56,006 nt of DNA from a virus. Lineage: Duplodnaviria > Caudoviricetes. The translations under genes were made by a program, and so were the position numbers. Shown piece after piece: positions 26,080 to 36,460 of the stretch (the first letter of the stretch is position 1; each line of letters starts with the position of its first letter). Where the stretch lies: IMG/VR virus record IMGVR_UViG_3300032248_000182, positions 1 through 56,006 of that record; one strand, written 5' to 3'. The notes beneath the pieces were generated by a model. The model saw nothing but the letters and a program-made list of their open reading frames with translations, was not told the DNA's origin and ran no database searches.

Positions 26080-27150
26080 TTACTTTTTTGTTGTCTTTGA
26101 AATTGCAGTTACATAATGAGCCATTGTTCCTGATGCGTTCACTTTGACTTCTTCTTCGGAATCATAATCTACTTCCTCGTTAATAGAAGTAGTTGGCTTC
26201 TTAACGTCTGAAGAGAAATAGGTTTCCTTGATGATGTTGAGCTTCTTTGTAAACTCTTCAACATCGGTATATTCGATTCCTTCTACAAGGTTACGAAGTT
26301 TATCTGCTTGAGTTAGCGGTAGTGCTTCCACTGATTCAGCGAATACCTTCTCGACTTCTAGGGTATCGACATAATCTTTTAGTTCCATATTTTCGGTGAC
26401 AATTGAATTGACTTTTTCTTCTAGCTCTGCAACGTGCTGAGATAGCTCAGAAACTAGATCGACCTTGTCATCAGGAATATCTACATAATTCTCTTCGAAA
26501 AGATTTTTAAGTCCATGGATAAATCCTTCAACAACTTCTGATCTTAGACCAGATTCAATTGCAATTTCGTTTTGTTCTGCCCACTGATCAACTGCATAAG
26601 AAAGGTACTTGTCAACATTCTCTTCGAGTTGTTCAATCTTTTCTTCTAATTGTTCTACTAATTGAGCGTCAAATTCTTCTTGAATACGAGCAACTTCAGA
26701 TACTAGGCGAGCGTTAACGGCTGCTTCGAAAATGGTTGCTGCTTTTTCGCGCACTTCTTCTGATAGCTCTCCACCACCAAAAATGACATCCATGTCTTCC
26801 TTATACGTCCCTGAAGCACTGGTTGGAGAAGTGTGCATCTGAGCAATGGTTTCGCCTTCGCCCGCAGCATCTTTAGCTGTGCCGCCGAGACGACGAGTTG
26901 CCTTTGCCTTGGCATCGCCGAGGTTAAGATCGCCGGTTAGACCTTTAAAGATGTCTGCGATCTTTTGCTTTGGTAGTCCGCTCATGTGTTGCATTACTGC
27001 ATTTATAGCTTCAATTTTTGTAGCAAATGCAGGAACGGTTGTTTCGCCTGCTGTCTTATCAGCAGAACGCTTTGAGTCCTTAGCGATAGCATCTGGCACA
27101 TGCCCTTGTTCGTCGGAAGCATCAAACTCAACTAGAGTTTCTTCTTTCAT
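26080..27150 (-). CDS. 22: Prohead core scaffold protein (gp22)
   Basis: LSEE..EKAATIFEAAV, VDKYLSY, FEENYVDIP, highly acidic; lies between gp21 and gp23. Confidence 0.95.
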   Translation of the reverse strand: MKEETLVEFDASDEQGHVPDAIAKDSKRSADKTAGETTVPAFATKIEAINAVMQHMSGLPKQKIADIFKGLTGDLNLGDAKAKATRRLGGTAKDAAGEGETIAQMHTSPTSASGTYKEDMDVIFGGGELSEEVREKAATIFEAAVNARLVSEVARIQEEFDAQLVEQLEEKIEQLEENVDKYLSYAVDQWAEQNEIAIESGLRSEVVEGFIHGLKNLFEENYVDIPDDKVDLVSELSQHVAELEEKVNSIVTENMELKDYVDTLEVEKVFAESVEALPLTQADKLRNLVEGIEYTDVEEFTKKLNIIKETYFSSDVKKPTTSINEEVDYDSEEEVKVNASGTMAHYVTAISKTTKK

Positions 27151-27177
27151 AAAATTCTCCTTTGGTAGTTGTTTTAT

Positions 27178-27185
27178 TATTTATA
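27178..27185 (-). promoter_or_regulatory. Late promoter TATAAATA (gp22)
   Basis: Exact consensus in the intergenic region. Confidence 0.85.
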
Positions 27186-27197
27186 AATTTCGTTTTT

Positions 27198-27860
27198 CTA
27201 AATCAATGAACCTAAAAATCTTTCAAAAAGGTGTAATTTGTTTTCGTTAATCTGTTTCACTGACATCTTCTTCATGGATGTTTTTGTTTCGTCTAAATTT
27301 TGCAATGCTCTCCAAGAATTAGAAGCAACATCATAAACCCAGTCAACGTTTTCCATTACGCCACGAACAAAGGCATTATGTGCAGAAGGATCTGCTACGA
27401 TATCACCGGCTGTTGCCAACATAAAATCGTCCTGCACTTCCATTATGCCATTTCTTTCTTTTAGCGTTCCCATACCTCTTGAAGAGACTCCAAGATTAGC
27501 ACCTTCATCTAAAAGATTCATTACGATATTTCCCATCGGAGTATCCATAATTTTTGCTTTGCCAATAAAGTCGCTGCCATCTTGACTTAAACTTTTGATC
27601 ATATGAGACACTCTATCTAGACCGATATTCGGGCCAGGAGGATGATTTAGTTCACCATATGCTCTGTTGTTTTCAATTAATTCTTTTGTATAACGAGCCA
27701 CTTCTTTAGCGAGTATTTTTGATTCATAGATACGACCGTTCTTGTTAGGACGATCGCCCATGAGGAATACGCCTTCAATATGATAGCTCTTTTTGCCATC
27801 TTCTTTGGCTTCTTTAAGTAAAGTGAGTTTGGTGTCTAATGTTTCGCAGATTAGCTTCAT
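27198..27860 (-). CDS. 21: Prohead protease (gp21)
   Basis: MKLICE, N.NGRIY, GELNHP, GVSSRGMG, DIVADPS. Confidence 0.97.
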   Translation of the reverse strand: MKLICETLDTKLTLLKEAKEDGKKSYHIEGVFLMGDRPNKNGRIYESKILAKEVARYTKELIENNRAYGELNHPPGPNIGLDRVSHMIKSLSQDGSDFIGKAKIMDTPMGNIVMNLLDEGANLGVSSRGMGTLKERNGIMEVQDDFMLATAGDIVADPSAHNAFVRGVMENVDWVYDVASNSWRALQNLDETKTSMKKMSVKQINENKLHLFERFLGSLI

Positions 27861-27870
27861 TTTAGTTCCT

Positions 27871-28239
27871 CTATGGTCCTACAACTGTGCCGCTGCCGTT
27901 AATCGTGCCAGCACCGTTAGCAGTTGACTGTTTGCTTACTTGAATTAAGATAGAAGCCGTAGCACTTGAAGTATTGCAAACCAATGTTGCGTTTGAATAC
28001 TGAGAAATTGCAGTGCCTTGAGCAGCAAAATCAAATATATAATCGGTATTACCCGTTTGCCACACAAGGTTAGAACCACGATAGATTGACCATGGTCCAG
28101 AGTGTATGATGTTAGTGATTGCCATGTTCTGAACATTTTCTGTAGTGTTAGCGGCGCAATCAGCCAACGCAATAGTTACATTGGCTGTAGCACTAAACCA
28201 CGCATGTCCGTATAATCGATTTTGATATGGTGTCGCCAT
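27871..28239 (-). CDS. Small beta-rich putative virion protein
   Basis: Lies in the head operon with SD AGGA; A/T/N/S-rich. Confidence 0.6.
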   Translation of the reverse strand: MATPYQNRLYGHAWFSATANVTIALADCAANTTENVQNMAITNIIHSGPWSIYRGSNLVWQTGNTDYIFDFAAQGTAISQYSNATLVCNTSSATASILIQVSKQSTANGAGTINGSGTVVGP

Positions 28240-28251
28240 TTCTAGTTCCTA

Positions 28252-30348
28252 TTACTTGTAGTTAGCTAGTGTTTGTGCTAGTCTTGCTCTTTTGCCGAGC
28301 TTAACACCTTCTTTAACAGCAGCTGGTTTTTCTCCAGGAGCTGGTCTACTTAGGACTTCTTTCGCATCGTATCCGCTTACTTTCTTAATACGGTCGAAAA
28401 ACTTATCCTGAGGACTTTTTTTCTTTTTAGCTTCAGATAGGTCGACGCTTTCTTTAGCCATTGCTGCTTTTCCGCCTCCGAAAGCAATTGGTTTTTGTTT
28501 TGGAGATGGTTCTTCATCGTTGTCACCTTCTCCCTCATCCTCGTCATCTTCACTCGTATCTTTACCGTCTGACATATCGCCAATTTCTTTTTCTACAGAT
28601 TTAAGAAACTTTTCTGATAGAGCAAGCTTTTCTAGTATCCAGTTAGGAATATCAGCGTCGTCTGGAATATCTTCGAAAAGTTTGGCAGAGCTTAGAGCAA
28701 TACCTTCTAGATGTTCTTTAGCTTGTTTAACTTCATCATTAACGTCATCAGTGTCGTCTGATTCATCATCGTCTCTATCAGAGCTGCTACCACCATCGCC
28801 TGCCTGAGGACCGGCGTTTTGATCTCCGCCGCCTGGATTATCAGAAGTAGCAGGGGCTGGTGACATAGGTTCGCCAAGCTCTAGCAATACCTGCTCTTTA
28901 ATCTCGACCTCTTCTTTTTGAACTTTTCTAGCAGCATTTTTAATTTTTTGATAACGACGAACGTAAACTTCTGCTGCTCTATTAGCATCCCCGTGTCTAT
29001 GAACGAGCTGTAGAGCTTCTTCTTTAGAAGGACGTGCCGCGATAGGAATATTGGCTTTCTGTAGATGACGAAGGAACGTAAAGTGATCTTTGTGAGAATC
29101 TTCATCAAGTTCTTCGCCTTCTGGCTCATAAGAATTCTCGAAAACTTTGACGCGAGGAAAATCTGATCTTGGGTTATATTGTTTATGACCGCGATGAGGT
29201 TTTGTTGAAACGCTAGCTAAAGGCACTAAGAGGTCTTTAGGATTTACAGGTTTGACTTCAGTTGAACTCTTTTTGGTTCTTGCTTCATCAAGCTCTTCAC
29301 CTTCTGGCTCATAAGAATTCTTCATCAATTCTCTACCCTTCTTGAGCGCAGCAATGCGATTTAGTTCTGGAGAACCATGGTCTCGCATTCTCGTAGCACC
29401 AACTTTTCTAGCGTGCATATTTTTGAGTAGTTTGTTGTATTTGTTGCCCTCGTCAACTTCGTCGACTTCTTCTTGCAATTCACCGTTAACCCATTTGCCA
29501 ACGCCATGTCCTAACTTAGACCCATGAACATTCCTAAAAAGGCTTTGTTTATCTATGTGTTTTGCATGCTTTTCGGCTTCTTTTCTGTCATCATATTTGT
29601 CTTTAATCGTTACGCCCGCAATATTTTCTCCTGCGCGACTGGAAACCTCTCCTGGAGTACGAGATTTCTTATGGATAACGTAGTAAGTTTCTTCATCAAG
29701 CTCGGTTTCTTCCATCACATAAGCTGTGTGATGGCCATGCTTTTTAGCCCATTCAATCGCTGATTTTTTAGCATCACCAAATTTGCCGTTATAAAGATGC
29801 ACTTTAGTTTCGTCGTCGTAATCAGCGAGAGGACCGCGAGGTTTGTTGGTAAACATCCAAGTCCCGTTACCGGATGCTTTCTTTCCATGAGATCTTTCAT
29901 ACCGCTGATGATCGACTACAGCTTCATCAAGCTCAACTTCTTCTTTAGCCATCTTTGTAGCAGTAGCATACATCACTTCTTCGCCACGCTTGCCATAGCG
30001 TTTCTGCCATTTTTCAACAGGCTTCATCTTCTTTACAAGACGTTCTTTCTCTGCTGTTTCGGCTGGAGTAAGTGTGCGTTCAGAAACTTCGATATCTCTA
30101 CCGAACTGTGCATCTACTTTAGAAGACTGTGTTTTGTCTTTTTTGACTTTTTCTGAAGGATTGCCATCACCATATGGGTCGTCATGACGACGTACTGGCT
30201 GCTGATTGATAAAAGTTTTTACACCTTCTCCAGGATTTGCAAAATAATCCGCAACCTTGGGCATACTTTGTAGCTTTTGTGCCAAATCTTTTGGCTGCTT
30301 TTTAATAGCCATCTCAGGCTTTTTAGTTGTCGTAGGTTGCTTATCCAT
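28252..30348 (-). CDS. Large prohead core/internal protein with repeated acidic (L/V/I)xE motifs
   Basis: In the gp68 position; basic segments alternate with EEVELDE/EGEELDE linkers. Confidence 0.65.
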   Translation of the reverse strand: MDKQPTTTKKPEMAIKKQPKDLAQKLQSMPKVADYFANPGEGVKTFINQQPVRRHDDPYGDGNPSEKVKKDKTQSSKVDAQFGRDIEVSERTLTPAETAEKERLVKKMKPVEKWQKRYGKRGEEVMYATATKMAKEEVELDEAVVDHQRYERSHGKKASGNGTWMFTNKPRGPLADYDDETKVHLYNGKFGDAKKSAIEWAKKHGHHTAYVMEETELDEETYYVIHKKSRTPGEVSSRAGENIAGVTIKDKYDDRKEAEKHAKHIDKQSLFRNVHGSKLGHGVGKWVNGELQEEVDEVDEGNKYNKLLKNMHARKVGATRMRDHGSPELNRIAALKKGRELMKNSYEPEGEELDEARTKKSSTEVKPVNPKDLLVPLASVSTKPHRGHKQYNPRSDFPRVKVFENSYEPEGEELDEDSHKDHFTFLRHLQKANIPIAARPSKEEALQLVHRHGDANRAAEVYVRRYQKIKNAARKVQKEEVEIKEQVLLELGEPMSPAPATSDNPGGGDQNAGPQAGDGGSSSDRDDDESDDTDDVNDEVKQAKEHLEGIALSSAKLFEDIPDDADIPNWILEKLALSEKFLKSVEKEIGDMSDGKDTSEDDEDEGEGDNDEEPSPKQKPIAFGGGKAAMAKESVDLSEAKKKKSPQDKFFDRIKKVSGYDAKEVLSRPAPGEKPAAVKEGVKLGKRARLAQTLANYK
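29101..29320. repeat. 37-nt direct repeat encoding NSYEPEGEELDE (29101-29137 and 29284-29320)
   Basis: ttcatcaagYtcttcRccttctggctcataagaattc, 2 mismatches. Confidence 0.9.
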
Positions 30349-30349
30349 G

Positions 30350-30511
30350 TTATTCCTCTGGATTAAAGATAGTTTTTGCTACTTCTATTTTTTTAGCGGC
30401 TAGTAATTCCGTAATTCTGTCGCTCATAATGTCGTCGATTGCCTTCTGTAGATTGGTAACATCACCATCTAGGCAATAGTCAATAACGTCTGTTGTGGTA
30501 TATTCTGCCAT
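30350..30511 (-). CDS. 67: Prohead core protein gp67-like (53 aa)
   Basis: Not in the ORF track. MAEYTTTDVIDYCLDGDVTNLQKAIDDIMSDRITELLAAKKIEVAKTIFNPEE directly after the portal gene. Confidence 0.8.
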   Translation of the reverse strand: MAEYTTTDVIDYCLDGDVTNLQKAIDDIMSDRITELLAAKKIEVAKTIFNPEE

Positions 30512-30539
30512 AGTATCCCCTCAGTATTTAATTATTTAT

Positions 30540-32150
30540 TTATTGTCCGAGCTGCGGCTCATTAGGGGAATACCCTTGTTGTGGCTGAGGCTGTTGTTGG
30601 GGTGCACCTTGTGCAGCTCCCTGATCACCACCTTGTTCCGGAGGAGGTTGTTGCATAGCCATCATTTGCTGCTGCTTTTCCATATCCTCGTCGCCTTCTT
30701 CGCGCATCTCATTATCCATATCGTTGATCTCATCTTCGGTTAGCATCAACACATTCTTCATAACCCAAAGTCTAGAGTAGTATTTGCCGGTGAATGGATC
30801 TATCGCCGTTAGTGTATTTATTCTTTCTCTAAGAATCTCGCTGTCTTTTAATTCAGCAAAGTAGTTGTCATTCGTAAAGTTAAAATGGATCTTGTTCTTT
30901 ATTACATCCCATTCTTCATCAGCAATAACACCCGTAAGCACGAGCTGTTTATGCAGTGTCTTTGAGAATAGGTTTGAAAACTTGGTTCTTAAACGAAGAA
31001 TAAATTTGTAGAATTTAAGTTCGTCTCTTGATATTTCAGATGAACGTCCTAGATTAAACCCATCATTGGATTCCATTCTAGAAACAGGAACATTGAGAGA
31101 ACGGTAGAGCTTCTTTTCAAAGTATTCTACGTCCGCCATTTCACCAAGGTTTTGTCCTGATGGGAGAGTAGTTACCTGAGTTCCACCGCCACCTTCGCGG
31201 CGAGGAAAATAGAAGTCTTCAAGCATGGTCATAAACTTACGATCGTCTTTAATATCGCCTGTTGTAGCATCGTATATTAAACGATTCTTATGTTTAACCA
31301 TAACGTCACGAACGTATTGTTCAGCCTTCATCTTTGGAAGGTTTCCTACGTCAATCGAGAATATACGACGCTCAGGAGCACGAGAGATACGATAGATAAC
31401 TGTCGCATCTTCTAGAATACGGAGTTGGTTTAGTGGCTTGATTGCTTTATGCAAATAGCCTAGAACCATCTTGTTGTCTTTATCCACCACACCAGAAGTT
31501 ATATGCACGATAGAATCTTTGGCAATCTGCAAGCCTTGGTTATCCATACCGGAAGCAGAGGCACCCTTGAACCCTCTTTCATTGTACATAAAGAATTCGC
31601 TGTCGGTAACATTGATATACATGTTCTCTTTACGTATACGTTTAACCGCACGAACCTTACGGATCTTGCGTGGGTCAATGTAACGTAGTTCTTTAATACC
31701 AGCTTTTGGATCGTTAACGTCGATTAGAACATGATAGTATAAACGACCGTCGATGTACCAACGTTTGAAGATATCGTAACCGGAGTTATTGAAGTCTAAA
31801 AGATCACAAACTTTATTCCATTCTTCGCGGATTCTTTCTTTTACATTATCAGAGTAATCTAAATCTTCAAGATCAATGTCAACGATTACGTCTTTACCTT
31901 CTTTTACGATAGCATCATCGACGATATCGTCAATCGCTCGCTCGCATTCAGGCTGTATAGACATTTCACGATACTTAGCTACGATTTCTGCTTCTGTTCT
32001 AGCAGAACCTTCTAAGTCGAGATACGTGCCATACGTGCCGCCCGCCGATACAACGAGAGCACCGTCATCAGTCTCTCTAGGAGAAAACGATGGGATGCTC
32101 TGTTGTTCGTCGTTTTCATTACGACGGATTTCAAACCCAAATAATTTCAT
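30540..32150 (-). CDS. 20: Portal protein (gp20)
   Basis: LFGFEI, WYIDGRLYYH, YLHKAIKPLNQLR..ED..VIYRISRAPERR.F.IDVGNLPK. Confidence 0.98.
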   Translation of the reverse strand: MKLFGFEIRRNENDEQQSIPSFSPRETDDGALVVSAGGTYGTYLDLEGSARTEAEIVAKYREMSIQPECERAIDDIVDDAIVKEGKDVIVDIDLEDLDYSDNVKERIREEWNKVCDLLDFNNSGYDIFKRWYIDGRLYYHVLIDVNDPKAGIKELRYIDPRKIRKVRAVKRIRKENMYINVTDSEFFMYNERGFKGASASGMDNQGLQIAKDSIVHITSGVVDKDNKMVLGYLHKAIKPLNQLRILEDATVIYRISRAPERRIFSIDVGNLPKMKAEQYVRDVMVKHKNRLIYDATTGDIKDDRKFMTMLEDFYFPRREGGGGTQVTTLPSGQNLGEMADVEYFEKKLYRSLNVPVSRMESNDGFNLGRSSEISRDELKFYKFILRLRTKFSNLFSKTLHKQLVLTGVIADEEWDVIKNKIHFNFTNDNYFAELKDSEILRERINTLTAIDPFTGKYYSRLWVMKNVLMLTEDEINDMDNEMREEGDEDMEKQQQMMAMQQPPPEQGGDQGAAQGAPQQQPQPQQGYSPNEPQLGQ

Positions 32151-32166
32151 TATAATGCCTTGTTAA

Positions 32167-32727
32167 TTAAATGCCGCCGCCAAACCCGGTAGGACCATCT
32201 AATACTACCCAGCTGTCATACATGAATGTAACACGGAATTCTTCAATACGATCTGTTGCTTCCCAATCTAAATCGATTGGCGAGATATCTGCTGGGTAAA
32301 TACCATCGAAAAAGTATTCACGAATAACATCGCCAGTTTTACCATATTGAGTTACTGTAGCATTAGATTTATACTCGTTTGGTGAAGATGTTCGTGTTTG
32401 ACGTAGGTTGCCTTCCAAACTATTAATTGTGCTAGACCAAGTCTCCATAGCGTCGCGAATTAAGAAGTCTTCGTCGTTAATTACCGTAACAGACCATTCT
32501 GGGAACACTCTATCGCCAGCTAAATTGATCTTACGACCAAAATAAGGTACAGCAATATTGCCAAGACGAGATTCTGGGATAGAAGATGCTCTAACCATGA
32601 ATTGCATTTTTTCGTTTGCCTTTCTATCAACTTTATTGTTGATAGCCACAGAAAACAACGTCTGACGAGCGCCGCCGTATGTTAATTGTGATTTAATGTC
32701 ATTAATGTTAAAAGTCGGAACTGCCAT
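32167..32727 (-). CDS. 19: Tail tube protein (gp19)
   Basis: GGAR..LF, VPYFGRKI..AGDR.F..W..TVINDEDF. Confidence 0.96.
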   Translation of the reverse strand: MAVPTFNINDIKSQLTYGGARQTLFSVAINNKVDRKANEKMQFMVRASSIPESRLGNIAVPYFGRKINLAGDRVFPEWSVTVINDEDFLIRDAMETWSSTINSLEGNLRQTRTSSPNEYKSNATVTQYGKTGDVIREYFFDGIYPADISPIDLDWEATDRIEEFRVTFMYDSWVVLDGPTGFGGGI

Positions 32728-32756
32728 TTTATTTCTCCTTATTCTTTATACTTAGC

Positions 32757-34793
32757 TTAGAATCTTCCTACTATTTCGGAGAATGCGACCCCAGTGCGAA
32801 CCGCTACGAAATTAAGCTGGATGTAGTTAATCGCACGAGCTGGCTTGATGTATATATCGCCTACGAATCGGTTGGAATCAATAACCTCGCCGGTGTTGTT
32901 GGTATCGTCGCAAACCACCTTAAAGTCATAGATACCGCGACGAGCTTGAACGTCTTTAAGGTATGGCGTAACAAGAGAAACGAATTGTGCTCTAGTAAAG
33001 GCATCATTGAATTCAAACAATGAACTCTGCGCTGCTGTAGCTATGCTCTTTTCTAGAACAATAAACAAGCGACGTACGTTAATACGATCAAACGCTGATG
33101 GCTTGGCGCTTAGTGTCTTATCGCCGTATAGAACAGTTCCTTGCCCAGGGAATGACACTACAGGATTTACTCCGATAGGATATAGAGCATCTCTAGCACC
33201 TTTGCTTGGATTGTAAGCGAGCTTAACGACGTTCTTAACTTGACCACGCTCAAATCCAGCAGGTGAATACCAAGGATCTCTAGCACTGTCAGTATAAGCG
33301 CAAAGACCTGCAATATCACCGTTTAGGGGGATATAACGGTAAACGTCGTTATACTTGTCGTACTGATACTTGTATCCAGTATCAAGCACTGCATACGTGG
33401 AAGCAACAAGTAGATTGCGGAAAGCTGTAACGTTGATAAGCTCATTACCGGGGACTTGTACTACGTCGGTGCTTCTTGGAGAAATAAATGCAACGCAATC
33501 TTTACGCTTTTCAGCAACGTTATTGATAACGTAGTTTGGACCTGAAGCATTTGTTCCGACAGATTTGCCGTTAATTAACAAAGATACGTTAACATCTTCA
33601 GTCGAACCGAATTTGTCCCAAGCCATTGATAAAGTACTAAAGTTGTCACTACCCATAGTGGTCTCAGTAGAACCGTCGTTACCGCCAACAAATTCTGTTG
33701 TCTCTATTGCATTGGTTGCAGTTGATGACGAAGCGATGTTGAGAGCGGTATTAACATATGAAGCGGATCTTGGGTTAGCAAACCAAACATACTGAGAAGA
33801 ATTGTTGAGTACGTCTTTGTAATAAATTTTTGCGCCGTTAGATGCATATGCGTCAGTAGCGCGAGAAAGACCCTGCCAAACTTCTAGAATGGTTCCTGGG
33901 CTTCCAGTAAATTTACCGTCGTGATCTACTACAACTACATGTAACTCGTCGTTTGCTGCGGTGTTACCGTACTGAGCAACGTAGGTTGATTGTCCTGGAG
34001 CTGCAGATACGCTGCTGGAGAACTGCCAAGCGCGAGCAACGTTACCTGATACTGTAGCAGTATTCTGAGATAGCGTAAAGTTACTATAGAAAGACAATGA
34101 TAATTGGTTAGTAGAAGGTTGGCTTCCTTTGGCGCTAAGTTGCAAGGTTTGGAACCCAACAGTGCTGTTTCCTAGAGTAATAAGGTCACCCACGTTTAGT
34201 TGCTGCCATGCGGCATTAGCTGCAGTATAGGTTGCGCCAGAGCAATTGATGGTTGATGTGTTAGTTCCTACATTGCAAGTAAGAATGGTTACATTTTGTA
34301 GGTTAGAAGAATACTGTGCTGCAGTGTCGCATACAGAGATCTCTAAGCTGTTACCAAGTGAGCCTGGATATTTGGCAATAAACTGAATGTCGGTTAGATC
34401 AGTAAAGTTTGAGTTAGCAGCTTTAGTGGCATAATCGTCTTGATTCATTACATTAAAAATGGTGTTTGTTGTATAAGAAGCAGCAAGGTTCGCAACAGCA
34501 TTCCATGCACCAACGCTTGAAGAGGTGTTTGATACGTTAGCGGCGCGACTTACATAAAGCGAACTGCCGTATGCTAAGAAGTTGGCGGCTGAAAACCATG
34601 TTTCTGCGTTATCAGTAGTTGGTTTACCGAAGTATTTTACTAGATTTGTTTCTGAATCAATTAATGTAAGCTGATTGACAGGACCCCAGTTAAATACGCC
34701 AGCAATCGCACCAGTGGTGGTTGAAAGTGCAGGTACAACTGTGGTTAGATTGATTTCGCTTACGTTAATTCCAGGGCTTACTTGAAATGCCAT
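32757..34793 (-). CDS. 18: Contractile tail sheath protein (gp18)
   Basis: SPGINVSE, FNWGP, YKYQYDKYND, GDKT...SAFDRINVRRLF, KPARAINYI.LNF. Confidence 0.97.
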   Translation of the reverse strand: MAFQVSPGINVSEINLTTVVPALSTTTGAIAGVFNWGPVNQLTLIDSETNLVKYFGKPTTDNAETWFSAANFLAYGSSLYVSRAANVSNTSSSVGAWNAVANLAASYTTNTIFNVMNQDDYATKAANSNFTDLTDIQFIAKYPGSLGNSLEISVCDTAAQYSSNLQNVTILTCNVGTNTSTINCSGATYTAANAAWQQLNVGDLITLGNSTVGFQTLQLSAKGSQPSTNQLSLSFYSNFTLSQNTATVSGNVARAWQFSSSVSAAPGQSTYVAQYGNTAANDELHVVVVDHDGKFTGSPGTILEVWQGLSRATDAYASNGAKIYYKDVLNNSSQYVWFANPRSASYVNTALNIASSSTATNAIETTEFVGGNDGSTETTMGSDNFSTLSMAWDKFGSTEDVNVSLLINGKSVGTNASGPNYVINNVAEKRKDCVAFISPRSTDVVQVPGNELINVTAFRNLLVASTYAVLDTGYKYQYDKYNDVYRYIPLNGDIAGLCAYTDSARDPWYSPAGFERGQVKNVVKLAYNPSKGARDALYPIGVNPVVSFPGQGTVLYGDKTLSAKPSAFDRINVRRLFIVLEKSIATAAQSSLFEFNDAFTRAQFVSLVTPYLKDVQARRGIYDFKVVCDDTNNTGEVIDSNRFVGDIYIKPARAINYIQLNFVAVRTGVAFSEIVGRF

Positions 34794-34839
34794 TGTTATC
34801 TCCCTTATTGCAAAGTAGCTAAGTGTTATAGTTCTTTTA

Positions 34840-34847
34840 TATTTATA
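34840..34847 (-). promoter_or_regulatory. Late promoter TATAAATA (gp18)
   Basis: Exact consensus upstream of gp18. Confidence 0.85.
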
Positions 34848-34852
34848 AATTT

Positions 34853-36460
34853 TTATATTCTAAAGTCACGATCAAGCATCTCATTAACTTCTGGATCAAC
34901 CCAAGCCTCATCAATAAAACCAAATGGTAATAGGTCTTCGTCTATGATTTTTTGGTTGTTAGCCAACACTTCTAAACGAGCGTCGTTATTACTTATTTCC
35001 TTAAAATACTCTTGATTTACCAACCAAGAGAACAATACACAACACATTACTAAATCATCGTGTTCTCCTTCTTCAGCTTGATACTTTCCGTTTATCTCGA
35101 TAAATCGAAAAAGTTCATAGATTATGTCGTAATCATTAATTATCAGTTTGTCGTTCTCTACGAGGCTCTTAAAGTTAGCGCACCCGATTCTTTTAACTTG
35201 AACGGTAGTTCTTACGCCTAAAGAAGGACGAGTTAATCCGAACCCGCCATTTACCTTTTGTCCAGCTCGACCTTGAACCTTGGTCAGTATTACGTTTTCG
35301 TATTCTAAATCATTATGAAGAATGTCTGCAACCTGTTGTCCGATATCATTTATCTCGACCAAGATATATGCAGTGTTATAATGCTTGGATATGTTGTAAA
35401 TGATATTCGGATATAGCAAAGCTGCTATGTTGTTATTCCTATATTTAGCAGCTATGGTATAAGGCATTTTCGTTATATCAAACACAACGAACGCCGAGTA
35501 ATCTATTCCTGATCCTCTAGAAGTATCTACCACGGTTAGGTATACATGATCGGTTTCTGGATTTTGGTAAACATCAACATCACCAGAAGAAAACAAAGGA
35601 TTGATATATACCATCTTAGATAACTTCGAAGCATCAATTAGAGTGTTAGAACTACCCAAGAATTCACATTCGTACTCTTGTCTAAACTGACGTTCGCTGG
35701 TGTTGTCTATTATTACCTGTTTCCATTTTTCCGTTCTTCCCGGAATCTCAGACCAGTGTACGTCTACTCTAACATAATGGTTCTTCGCGTTCTCGCTATC
35801 TGTCCATATCTTGTAAAACATATTCATGCCGTTAGGCGTAGAAGTAATTAACACCTTGGTGGTTTCACCGGAAGAAATGGTAGGATATACAGACGCAAAG
35901 AATTCTTCTTGAATGTTATTGGGTACGAAAGCGAATTCGTCTAGGTAAACGAGGTTGAATGACCCACCACGTACAGCGGAGGAAGATGTAGCTGAAGCTA
36001 GAATCTTAGAGCCATTCTCTAGTTCTATGTTACCTTTGTTCCATTCTACTACACCTTGTTGTAGCCAACGTGGTAGATGTTCAAACATCAGCTGAATACG
36101 AGACAAGATTTCTCTAGCCTGCCTGTCTTTGTTAGCTAGGATAGCGATGCTATAGTTTTCGTTGAATAGGACTTTGTGTAGCATATAGGCTGCTACTGTA
36201 GTGGTCTTACCGACCTGCCGAGGCATCTTACATATAACGAAACGATTGTTTTCAAACTTAACAACCATCTCTTCTTGAAACTTCCATAGATCAAAGTTAA
36301 CCAGACCGCGATCCACGTTAACAATTCTGCAGTAATTTTTAATGAAGTAAGTTTGGTTCTTGGCGCATTTACCAAATTCTTTAACTAACTCTTTTGACCA
36401 CTCAATAGGAACCGATGCCCTCTTGAGGTTTTTATTACCAAGGTAATTTTCAGACATCAA
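34853..36460 (-). CDS. 17: Terminase large subunit (gp17)
   Basis: PRQVGKTT, YLDEFAF, STPNG, VDTSRG...DYS, HDDLVM. Confidence 0.98.
   Translation of the reverse strand: MMSENYLGNKNLKRASVPIEWSKELVKEFGKCAKNQTYFIKNYCRIVNVDRGLVNFDLWKFQEEMVVKFENNRFVICKMPRQVGKTTTVAAYMLHKVLFNENYSIAILANKDRQAREILSRIQLMFEHLPRWLQQGVVEWNKGNIELENGSKILASATSSSAVRGGSFNLVYLDEFAFVPNNIQEEFFASVYPTISSGETTKVLITSTPNGMNMFYKIWTDSENAKNHYVRVDVHWSEIPGRTEKWKQVIIDNTSERQFRQEYECEFLGSSNTLIDASKLSKMVYINPLFSSGDVDVYQNPETDHVYLTVVDTSRGSGIDYSAFVVFDITKMPYTIAAKYRNNNIAALLYPNIIYNISKHYNTAYILVEINDIGQQVADILHNDLEYENVILTKVQGRAGQKVNGGFGLTRPSLGVRTTVQVKRIGCANFKSLVENDKLIINDYDIIYELFRFIEINGKYQAEEGEHDDLVMCCVLFSWLVNQEYFKEISNNDARLEVLANNQKIIDEDLLPFGFIDEAWVDPEVNEMLDRDFRI

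Noticed and set aside
2171-36460. Inteins or introns in gp43, gp17, gp20, uvsW or gp46
   Set aside because: Lengths are normal and motifs continuous; no intein splice-junction motifs were seen.
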